In this document: positions 13,050-24,700 of the stretch, piece by piece
Layout: each line of letters starts with the position of its first letter
Position numbering within the stretch: position 1 is the first letter of the stretch
Assembly: GCA_002269645.1 (NCBI GenBank)
Contig: NIVC01000725.1
Location: forward strand, 62,001 to 126,000
Length of the DNA stretch: 64,000 bases
Source of the DNA: Macrostomum lignano
Taxonomy: Eukaryota
Direction of reading: 5' to 3'
Made by a program: the position numbers and the translations under genes
Notes under the pieces: model-generated
Seen by the model: only the letters and a program-made list of their open reading frames with translations
Databases searched by the model: none
Told to the model about the DNA's origin: nothing

Positions 13050-15768
13050 TCACGAACTCGACCGCCTTCGTCGCCCAGCTCGACCAGCCGGCGCAGGCCG
13101 CCTGCCGCCTCCGGCGTTGTTGTGCCTGGGCGGCTCCGGGTTCACTAGCCTGGCCTGTAAACACGTGCAGTTGGATTCTGCTAGCCAATGTGCTTTTAAA
13201 TAGCAAAATTAACACTGGCTGGGGTGGCGGAGAAGCTGATTGGCTCTCAATGGGGGAGTGGCGGAGACGCTGATTGGCTCTCAATGGGGGAGTGGCGGAG
13301 ACGCTGATTGGCTCTCAATGGGGGAGTGGCGGAGACGCTGATTGGCTCTCAATGGGGGAGTGGCTTTGACGCTGATTGGCTCTCAATGGGGGAGTGGCGG
13401 AGACGCTGATTGGCTCTCAATGGGGTAGTGGCGGAGATGCTGATTGGCTCTCAATGGGGGAGTGGCGGAGACGCTGATTGGCTCTCAATGGGGGAGTGGC
13501 TTTGACGCTGATTGGCTCTCAATGGGGGAGTGGCGAAGACGCTGATTGGCTCTCAATGGGGGAGTGGCGGAGACGCTGATTGGCTCTCAATGGGGGAGTG
13601 GCGGAGACGCTGATTGGCTCTCAATGGGGGAGTGGCGGAGACGCTGATTGGCTCTCAATGGGGGAGTGGCTGAGACGCTGATTGGCTCTCAATGGGGGAG
13701 TGGCGGAGACGCTGATTGGCTCTGAATGGGGGAGTGGTTGAGACGCTGATTGGCTCACAATTTCACCAATTGGCTCAATGTGGGATTTGCTGAGATGCCA
13801 AGGACTAAAACTATTATTACTCCAGCAATGCAGCTCAGCTGTCGATGGTGAAACAACTTATCCCAATGTAACTAAGCAAGGGGATCGGGATTGGCAACCG
13901 ATGGGAAATTTGCAGGGAGATTAACAGTCATTCATATCCTCACCTGAATCTCCTGACCATCGATCTGCCCGCCGTCCATGTGCCGACAGGCGTCTGCCGC
14001 TTCGCCCGGCGATTCAAACTCAATGATGGCGAAGCCGCGAGTCAGCTCCGGGTGCTGCCGGTCAGCGGGGATGTCGATGCGGCGCAGTGCACCGTACATG
14101 CCGAATATCTCCTCAAGGTGGGCGCGGGCCACGTTGCGGGTGAGGCGGGTGACGCGGATCTGCAGAGAATTAAGCATTTTTGAGGCGATTTTAAGCATTT
14201 TTGAACTGCAGATAAGATTATAGAATCTCATCCCTAGACTGGTACGAGATCTCAGAATGTCATAGCTGAATTGGAAATGAGATCTCAGAATCTCTCACCC
14301 TTGAACTGGAGATGAGATCTCAGAATCTCTACTGGAGATGAGATCTCAGAATCTCTCACCCCTGAACTGGAGATGAGATATCAGAATCTCTCACCCCTGA
14401 ACTGGAGATGAGATCTCAGAATCTCTCACCCCTGAACTGGAGATGAGATATCAGAATCTCTCACCCCTGAACTGGAGATGAGATCTCAGAATCTCTCACC
14501 CCTGAACTGGAGATGAGATATCAGAATCTCTCACCCTTGAACTGGAGATTAGATCTCAGAATCTCTCATCCCTGAATTGGAGATGAAATCTCAGAATCTC
14601 TCACCCTTGAACTGGAGATGAGATCTCAGAATCTCTCACCCCTGAACTGGAGATGAGATATCAGAATCTCTCACCCCTGAACTGGAGATGAGATCTCAGA
14701 ATCTCTCACCCCTGAACTGGAGATGAGATATCAGAATCTCTCACCCTTGAACTGGAGATTAGATCTCAGAATCTCTCATCCCTGAATTGGAGATGAAATC
14801 TCAGAAACTCTCACCCTTGAACTGGAGATGAGATCTCAGAAGCTCTCACCCCTGAACTGGAGATGAGATCTCAGAATCTCTCACCCTTGAACTGGAGATG
14901 AGATCTCAGAATCTCTCACCCCTGAACTGGAGATGAGATCTCAGAATCTCTCACCCCTGAACTGGAGATGAGATCTCGGAAGCTCTCACCCCTGAATTGG
15001 AGATGAGATCTCGGAAGCTCTCACCCCTGAATTGGAGATGAGATCTCAGAAGCTCCCACCCCTGAATTGGATATGAGATCTCAGAATCTCTACTGGAGAT
15101 GAGATCTCAGAATCTCTCACCCTGGAATTGGAGATGAGATCTCAGAATCTCATAGCTGAATTGGAGATGAGATCTCAGAATCTCTCATCCCTGAATTGGA
15201 GATGAGATCTCAGAATCTCTCATCCCTGAATTGGAGATGAGATCTCAGAATCTCCCATCCCTGAATTGGAGATGAGATCTCAGAATCTCTGCACACAAAA
15301 ATATTTAACAAAGTCGTCGCCAACCTTTGCCGGCCTGCTCGGCGACGTGGACGACGCCCGACGTCGACGTCGATTGTTGGACGGCGAGGCCGCCGTAGAC
15401 GAAGGCGAAGCGCCGCGAGACCGGCGGGACGAACTGCTGCTGCTGCTGCTGGACGATGAAGAATCCGAGGACGACGAACCGGAAGAGGACGAGCGAGCGG
15501 AAGAAGCCGACGAGGACCTCGACTTGCTTTTGCTTTTACTTTTGTTGCTGCGCTTGTTCTTTGCCGAGGCCTTGCTCGAATCCTTTGAGGAAGCTGCGGA
15601 CGATGAGGAGCGGCGACGCTTCGGCGAGGAAGCGCCAGACGAAGATGACTTGCTTCGGGCTCGGTGGCCGGCGCCGCCACCGGTTCCGGTTAAGGCGGAA
15701 TTGCCGGTAGTGGCATTTCCGGTTTTGGCATTGTTTGCAGCGGACGGGGCTACGGCTGCGTCCGGCAT
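13050..15768 (-). CDS. RNPS1: RNA-binding protein with serine-rich domain 1 (EJC/ASAP component)
   Basis: Exons 15768-15325, 14159-13944, 13154-13050 (~254 aa). Ser-rich N-terminus, RRM IRVTRLTRNV...HMDGGQIDGQEI typical of RNPS1, short Arg-rich tail. Confidence 0.93.
13235..13760. repeat. 34-nt minisatellite (TGATTGGCTCTCAATGGGGGAGTGGCGGAGACGC)n in RNPS1 intron 2
   Basis: About 15 units. Confidence 0.97.
14222..15290. repeat. 35-nt minisatellite (GAGATCTCAGAATCTCTCACCCCTGAACTGGAGAT)n in RNPS1 intron 1
   Basis: About 30 units. Confidence 0.97.
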
Positions 15769-15787
15769 TGGCTGAAGTAGATTGCGC

Positions 15788-17320
15788 GAGATTCTTAGGG
15801 TGGGTTAGGGGCGATTCTTAGGTGGGTTAGGGGCGATTCTTAGGTGGGTTAGGGGCGATTCTTAGGTGGGTTAGGGGCGATTCTTAGGTGGGTTAGGGGC
15901 GATTCTTAGGATGGGTTAGGGGAGATTCTTAGGTGGGTTAGGGGAGATTCTTAGGTGGGTTAGGGGCGATTCTTAGGATGGGTTAGGGGAGATTCTTAGG
16001 TGGGTTAGGGGAGATTCTTAGGGTGGGTTAGGGGCGATTCTTAGGGTGGGTTAGGGGCGATTCTTAGGGTGGGTTAGGGGCGATTCTTAGGGTGGGTTAG
16101 GGGCGATTCTTAGGTGGGTTAGGGGCGATTCTTAGGTGGGTTAGGGGAGATTCTTAGGTGGGTTAGGGGAGATTCTTAGGGTGGGTTAGGGGCGATTCTT
16201 AGGTGGGTTAGGGGAGATTCTTAGGGTGGGTTAGGGGCGATTCTTAGGATGGGTTAGGGGCGATTCTTAGGGTGGGTTAGGGGCGATTCTTAGGGTGGGT
16301 TAGGGGCGATTCTTAGGGTGGGTTAGGGGCGATTCTTAGGATGGGTTAGGGGCGATTCTTAGGATGGGTTAGGGGCGATTCTTAGGATGGGTTAGGGGAG
16401 ATTCTTAGGTGGGTTAGGGGAGATTCTTAGGGTGGGTTAGGGGCGATTCTTAGGGTGGGTTAGGGGCGATTCTTAGGGTGGGTTAGGGGCGATTCTTAGG
16501 GTGGGTTAGGGGCGATTCTTAGGCTGGGTTAGGGGCGATTCTTAGGTGGGTTAGGGGAGATTCTTAGGATGGGTTAGGGGCGATTCTTAGGTGGGTTAGG
16601 GGCGATTCTTAGGATGGGTTAGGGGCGATTCTTAGGTGGGTTAGGGGCGATTCTTAGGATGGGTTAGGGGCGATTCTTAGGTGGGTTAGGGGCGATTCTT
16701 AGGGTGGGTTAGGGGAGATTCTTAGGGTGGGTTAGGGGCGATTCTTAGGATGGGTTAGGGGCGATTCTTAGGTGGGTTAGGGGCGATTCTTAGGGTGGGT
16801 TAGGGGAGATTCTTAGGGTGGGTTAGGGGCGATTCTTAGGATGGGTTAGGGGCGATTCTTAGGATGGGTTAGGGGCGATTCTTAGGTGGGTTAGGGGAGA
16901 TTCTTAGGGTGGGTTAGGGGAGATTCTTAGGGTGGGTTAGGGGAGATTCTTAGGGTGGGTTAGGGGAGATTCTTAGGGTGGGTTAGGGGCGATTCTTAGG
17001 ATGGGTTAGGGGCGATTTTTAGGGTGGGTTAGGGGAGATTCTTAGGTGGGTTAGGGGAGATTCTTAGGGTGGGTTAGGGGCGATTCTTAGGATGGGTTAG
17101 GGGCGATTCTTAGGATGGGTTAGGGGCGATTCTTAGGATGGGTTAGGGGCGATTCTTAGGCTGGGTTAGGGGCGATTCTTAGGGTGGGTTAGGGGGCGAT
17201 TCTTAGGCTGGTTTAGGGGCGATTCTTAGGGTGGGTTAGGGGCGATTCTTAGGCTGGTTGAGGGGAGATTCTTAGGCTGGTTTAGGAGCGATTCTTAGGG
17301 TGGGTTAGGGGCGATTCTAA
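15788..17320. repeat. 22-23-nt G-rich minisatellite (GGGTTAGGGGCGATTCTTAGG(G)T)n immediately upstream of RNPS1
   Basis: About 68 units; contains TTAGGG and three G-tracts per unit. Confidence 0.98.
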
Positions 17321-18244
17321 AAGTGGTTTAGAATCCTGTTCTAAGAAAGCTAAGGACAATATTTTTATTCATTCTATAGATTTTTACAAAATGTTAAGCG
17401 CAATAGCGAACACAAGAATCAGTAAGTATCCGTGAAAGTAAATAAAAGTCCTCAAACACAGCGGATGCAATAAAAATAAGCTAAATAAGCCTGTCGAGCA
17501 AATGCCTTAAACTTGTATTTCACGCTTTTACCCACTTTAATTATGCACTATAAGTACGCGGAAAGCCTGAAATGCTTTATGAATGGATACAAAGTTTTGA
17601 GAAATTGTTATAAAAAATAAGAAAAAAAACGATTTATTATAATAAAGAGGAGCGTTATAGAAGCGCTAAGCAAGATGAATGATTAGAAAATTAACTTACA
17701 TACTAAATACTTATTTATTGCTGTTAAAATGCGTCGAAAAAAAACTTAAAACTTTCAGCACCGTAACATACTACTAACGGGCCTAAAACTGTATGGAGTT
17801 AAAGCGTTTTTTGTTTAATACAAAAATTTTATGAAAAAATAGCGGTTATAATTATATAAATGCCAATTGTATATACAAATACATTAGCCGATATAGTAAC
17901 CTTATCAATGAGCACAACGGCAATTGGCGAAAGCGTAAATATGAGGAAAAAGCGGACCAATGATTGCTAGAAGAGAGTAGTATATAAGGTGAAATGACGA
18001 AAAATTATGAAAAGCGCGTAGAAATTCGGATTAACTAATCACAATGCAACATTTAGTAGAGCAGAAATGATACCTTTATTAGAAGTGTTGCTTAAATAAG
18101 TCAGCATTATGTACGAATTATCATTGGTCCATTGATGCAGTCGGTCACAATGCGGACTGTTATAAGTCCCTTGAGTAGTCAGCTGGAATGGGTGGAATGA
18201 AATATTGATTGTGGCTGCTGCAAGAATTTGAATAACATCTCATC

Positions 18245-18269
18245 ATCTATCTACTCGCATTTATCTATG

Positions 18270-18349
<80 letters not shown>

Positions 18350-18377
18350 ATTTTATCTATCTATTTATCTATATATC

Positions 18378-18472
<95 letters not shown>

Positions 18473-18517
18473 GTATCTATCTATCTATTTATCTATCTAT
18501 CTATGTATCTATCTATG

Positions 18518-18568
<51 letters not shown>

Positions 18569-18585
18569 TTATCTATCTGTCTATG

Positions 18586-18680
<95 letters not shown>

Positions 18681-18705
18681 TTATCTATCTATCTATGTAT
18701 CTATG
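18245..18705. repeat. (ATCT)n microsatellite just downstream of the SCAI stop
   Basis: Over 100 tetramer units. Confidence 0.98.
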
Positions 18706-21700
18706 AGCATGCATTCCCCATCATTAACCAACCAGCCTCGCAGAACAGATCCCTGGCGTCGAACAGCTCCGCCAAGTCCAGCACCTTGGCCTGCACAGAA
18801 TCAACGTCAAGCAGGTCGTCGGGCAACGCCGGGTGAGCAGTCGGATAGCAGCGCGGCGGCTGGAAGTCGCGGTGCAGTCGCAGGGCCAGGCAACAGAACA
18901 AGAAGCGAAGCAGCAGGGCGCGCAGGAAATCGTCGCGGAAGAAACATTGATAGGCCGGGTCTGGTGGAGGGTTGTATTATTTCAAATATAAAGCCAATGC
19001 ACAGAGTACGAGTGTGTGGCTAATGATGAAAGCGCCAACACTGTACGCAGGCACGCACTCATGCACACGCTCTCACAGGGTGTACAGGGGCCCCTGACTT
19101 TCTCCTCTGTCAGGCATGTACACTCTCTGAGCTGCCCGCCGTACTCACCGACTTCCTTGTGTTGCAGCAGCAGGCGGCCAGCCTCAGACAGACAGCCGTC
19201 CATTAGGATGAGGCCGCGCTCCCAGGCTGGCAGCTGGACTGTATTGGCGCCGCACAGACGGGCCATGCCAGACAGAGGGCAGTGCAGGAACAGCGTGAAC
19301 AGGCTGCCGCTCTGGCGACCGTCTGCGAATAAGGATAGGGTAAGGAGCTCGCTTGAAGTCTGCCTCACTGCCTGCTTCTGTGTGTCTTGATGCCTGTCTT
19401 GGTGCCTGTCCTAGTGTCTGTCTTAGTGCCTGTCCTAGTGCCTGTCCTAATGTCTGTCTTAGTGCCTGTCCTAGTGTCTGTCTTAGTGCCTGTCCTAGTG
19501 CCTGTCCTAGTGCCTGTCTTGGTGCCTGTCCTAGTGTCTGTCTTAGTGCCTGTCCTAGTGTCTGTCTTAGTGCCTGTCCTAATGTCTGTCTTAGTGCCTG
19601 TCCTAGTGCCTGCCCTAGTGTCTGTCTTGGTGTCTGTCTTAGTGCCTGTCCTAATGTCTGTCTTAGTGCCTGTCCTAGTGCCTGCCCTAGTGTCTGTCTT
19701 GGTGTCTGTCTTGGTGCCTGTCCTAGTGTCTGTCTTAGTGCCTGTCTTGGTGCCTGTCTTGCTGCCTGTCCTAGTGTCTGTCTTGGTGCCTGTCCTAGTG
19801 TCTGTCTTGGTGCCTGTCCTAGTGTCTGTCTTGGTGCCTATCCTAGTGTCTGTCTTAGTGCCTGTCCTAATGTCTGTCTTAGTGCCTGTCCTAGTGCCTG
19901 TCATAGTGTCTGTCTTAGTGCCTGTCCTAGTGTCTGTCTTAGTGTCTGTCTTAGTGTCTGTCTTGGTGCCTGTCCTAGTGTCTATAATCATGCAGCAGTC
20001 TTACCGGGACACACAGAACTAGGAATCTGTTCAGGAGACATCAGACAAACTAGCGGCTCGTTGAATAGATTTGGAAACTTCTGAAAAAGAATACATTATA
20101 GAAAACTATTAAGGTCTATCGTGTGCATATTGTACATTTAAATAAACTTGGGATAACTGTTACTCTTACTCACCTTAAAAGCCGTACTGTTATCAGAATC
20201 CACAATGAGAAACACCGGCTTACGAGTGAAGCAGTACATATCGCCAGGATAAAAGCTGTGGAATAATAGACAATATTGCCCGTATTACATAGTAGAAAAA
20301 AATATAAGCTGTTTCATGGCAAGACAATGCAAATGCAGTCAGTCTATGGTCAGACAATGCAGTCTATGGTCAGAGAATGCAGTCTATGGTCAGACAATAC
20401 AGTTTATCGTCAGACAATGAATGCAGTCTATGGCCAGAAAATGCAGTCTGTGGTCAGAAAATGAATGCAGTCTATGGCCAGACAATGCAGTCTATAGTCA
20501 GACAATGAATGCAGTCTATGGCCAGACAATGCAGTCTATGGTCAGACAATGAATGCAGTCTATGGCCAGACAATGCAGTCTATGGTCAGACAATGCAGTC
20601 TATGGTCAGACAATGCAGCCTATGGCCAGACAATGCAGTCTATGGTCAGACAATGAATGCAGTCTATGGTCAGACAATGCAGTCTATGGTCAGACAATGC
20701 AGTCTATGGCCAGACAATGCAGTCTATGGTCAGACAATGAATGCAGTCTATGGTCAGACAATGCAGTCTATGGTCAGACAATTCAGTCTATGGTCAGACA
20801 ATGAATGCAGTCTATGGTCAGACAATGAATGCAGCCTATGGTCAGACAATGAATACAGTCTATGGTCAGACAATGAATGCAGTCTATGGTCAGACAATGC
20901 AGTCTATGGCCAGACAATGCAGTCTATGGTCAGACAATGCAGTCTATGGTCAGACAATGCAGTCTATGGCCAGACAATGCAGTCTATGGTCAGACAATGC
21001 AGTCTATGGTCAGACAATGCAGTCTATGGCCAGACAATGCAGTCTATGGTCAGACAATGAATGCAGCCTATGGCCAGACAATGCAGTCTATGGTCAGACA
21101 ATGAATGCAGCCTATGGCCAGACAATGCAGTCTATGGTCAGACAATGAATGCAGTCTATGGTCAGACAATGCAGTCTATGGTCAGACAATGCAGTCTATG
21201 GCCAGACAATGCAGTCTATGGCCAGACAATGCAGTCTATGGCCAGACAATGCAGCCTATGGCCAGACAATGCAGTCTATGGTCAGACAATGAATGCAGCC
21301 TATGGCCAGACAATGCAGTCTATGGTCAGACAATGAATGCAGTCTATGGTCAGACAATGCAGTCTATGGTCAGACAATGCAGCCTATGGCCAGACAATGC
21401 AGTCTATGGTCAGACAATGAATGCAGTCTATGGTCAGACAATGCAGTCTATGGTCAGACAATGCAGTCTATGGCCAGACAATGCAGTCTATGGCCAGACA
21501 ATGAATGCAGTCTATGGTCAGACAATGCAGTCTATGGTCAGACAATGCAGTCTATGGCCAGACAATGCAGTCTATGGTCAGACAATGCAGTCTGTGGTAA
21601 ATCAATACTACTGAAGAGTGAATTAATGGTATGCAAGAGTGAAGTGTCTATGGCAAAAGCAATCCTGAGAAGAAAGGCAATTTCTATGTGAAGCAACAGC

Positions 21701-24700
21701 CAGAAAAAACATGAGCACATACACACAGGCACGCATTTATAGACACGCTCACACAGGGTGTACAAGTGTACACAGGATGGTCCTTATGGCTTGTGAATCG
21801 CGAGCCAACAACCTCCTCCCAATTCACGAAATATGCAGCACTCACCACCTGCTGTCTCTGATGACGCCGCCACTGCCAGGCAGTCTGCGAGTCTCCGGCT
21901 TGCCGGGTTTGTCCGATTCGCGGCTCCTTTGAACTGCCAGACCGCCGTCTCTGTAGCCGCTGTAGGCTGTAAGTGGCAGAGTTGGCTGCACCATAAATAA
22001 TATCAAACTGTATCAAACTGGCGCATGCACACAGTGTGAAGGGCAAGAGAGCGAGAGAGACCAGCAGTAGCTATGCAAAATAAATACATGATTTATGAAT
22101 TGGGATCAGGTTTCAAACAGTTTTAGCCAACTTTTAAGAGTCGAAAATTTATTACTAACAATGCTGCCCGCCAACAATAGCCTTAACGTAGAAAAGTGGG
22201 AAATATTCGCATGTTCCCCTAGATTATGTTTTACAGAATCAAAAAGTAAACATTTTCCATGAACCCACAATTACTTGATAAACATATTGATAAAAGAACG
22301 TTTCCTATTAATAAACAGATCCTTAAACTCACATTCCTTATTAATAAACAGATCAATAAACTCACATTCCTTATTAATAAACAGATCAATAAACTCACAT
22401 TCCTTATTAATAAACAGATCAATAAACTCGCATTCCCTATCAATAAACAGATCAATAAACTCACATTCCTTATTAATAAACAGATCAATAAACTCACATT
22501 CCTTATTAATAAACAGATCAATAAACTCACATTCCCTATTAATAAACAGATCAATAAACTCACATTCCCTATTAATAAACAGATCAATAAACTCACATTC
22601 CCTATTAATAAACAGATCAATAAACTCACATTCCCTATTAATAAACAGATCAATAAACTCACATTCCCTATTAATAAACAGATCAATGAACTCACATTCC
22701 CTATTAATAAACAGATCAATAAACTCACATTCCTTATTAATAAACAGATCAATAAACTCACATTCCCTATTAATAAACAGATCAATAAACTCACATTCCT
22801 TATAATAAACAGATCAATAAACTCACATTCCTTATTAATAAACAGATCAATAAACTCACATTCCTTATTAATAAACAGATCAATAAACTCGCATTCCCTA
22901 TCAATAAACAGATCAATAAACTCACATTCCTTATTAATAAACAGATCAATAAACTCACATTCCTTATTAATAAACAGATCAATAAACTCACATTCCCTAT
23001 TAATAAACAGATCAAGAAACTCACATTCCCTATTAATAAACAGTTCAATAAACTCACATTCCTTATTAATAAACAGATCAATAAACTCACATTCCCTATT
23101 AATAAACAGATCAATAAACTCACATTCCCTATTAATAAACAGATCAATAAACTCACATTCCCTATTAATAAACAGATCAATAAACTCACATTCCCTATTA
23201 ATAAACAGATCAATAAACTCACATTCCCTATTAATAAACAGATCAATAAACTCACATTCCCTATTAATAAACAGATCAATGAACTCACATTCCCTATTAA
23301 TAAACAGATCAATAAACTCACATTCCTTATTAATAAACAGATCAATAAACTCACATTCCCTATTAATAAACAGATCAAGAAACTCACATTCCTTATTAAT
23401 AAACAGATCAATAAACTCACATTCCCTATTAATAAACAGATCAATAAAGTCACATTCCTTATTAATAAACAGATCAATAAACTCACATTCCCTACTAATA
23501 AACAGATCAAGAAACTCACATTCCCTATTAATAAACAGTTCAATAAACTCACATTCCCTATTAATAAACAGATCAATAAACTCACATTCCCTATTAATAA
23601 ACAGATCAATAAACTCACATTCCCTATTAATAAACAGATCAATAAACTCACATTCCTTATTAATAAACAGATCAATAAACTCACATTCCCTATTAATAAA
23701 CAGATCAATAAACTCACATTCCCTATTAATAAACAGATCAATAAACTCACATTCCTTATTAATAAACAGATCAATAAACTCACATTCCCTATTAATAAAC
23801 AGATCAATAAACTCACATTCCCTATTAATAAACAGATCAATAAACTCACATTCCTTATTAATAAACAGATCAATAAACTCACATTCCCTATTAATAAACA
23901 GATCAATAAACTCACATTCCCTATTAATAAACAGATCAATAAACTCACATTCCCTATTAATAAACAGATCAATAAACTCACATTCCTTATTAATAAACAG
24001 ATCAATAAACTCACATTCCCTATTAATAAACAGATCAATAAACTCACATTCCCTATTAATAAACAGATCAATAAACTCACATTCCCTATTAATAAACAGA
24101 TCAATAAACTCACATTCCTTATTAATAAACAGATGCTCAGCAGTGTGACCACCAACAAAAATGTGAAAAATAACACAGCTAGAAAGACATTCACTATAGC
24201 AATTTTGCCAATGCTTACTTATTGTCCGAATAGCAATTCTCATTTTAATTCATTCCAGCTTCAAGCATGCACATTTTCATCTTTAATCGACATCGTCATC
24301 AATCATACGTTGTAGGGATGGATTGAAACGGTATATATAGTCAATCAATTTTAAAGTTCACAAGAATCACGACTGCAGAACTCGTGATTTGTATGTCATC
24401 AATTCAACGTCCCCTGCCCCTAGTAGAAGGCGCACTAGAGAGCCTCGACTTCTTTGCAGCTGGAGCTGGGCCTCGGCGCTGGCGCAATTCCTGTTCAGCT
24501 GAAGCTGCCTCTGTAAGCAGCTCCTGCGCCTTCCTACGCATGGCATCAATATTTCGCTGTGTCGTTGCATCCTTTTGCACCTGCTGCAAATTTTGCTGCT
24601 GTGAACTAAAGGCAGCTTGGAGCCTGTTTAGTATATAAACTACGCAGCTTGCTAGAATTCCAATCTACCCTATCTGTCTGGGCTAGTGGCCTTCCTTGCT

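Noticed and set aside
15788-17320. True interstitial telomere or chromosome-fusion scar
   Set aside because: TTAGGG is only part of a 22-23-nt unit; there is no pure (TTAGGG)n and no head-to-head junction.
22231-24243. 629-670-aa ORFs (INRSINSHSLL / FIDLFINRECE repeats)
   Set aside because: Translation of a 33-nt intronic minisatellite whose unit length is a multiple of 3 and lacks stops; no splice or homology support.
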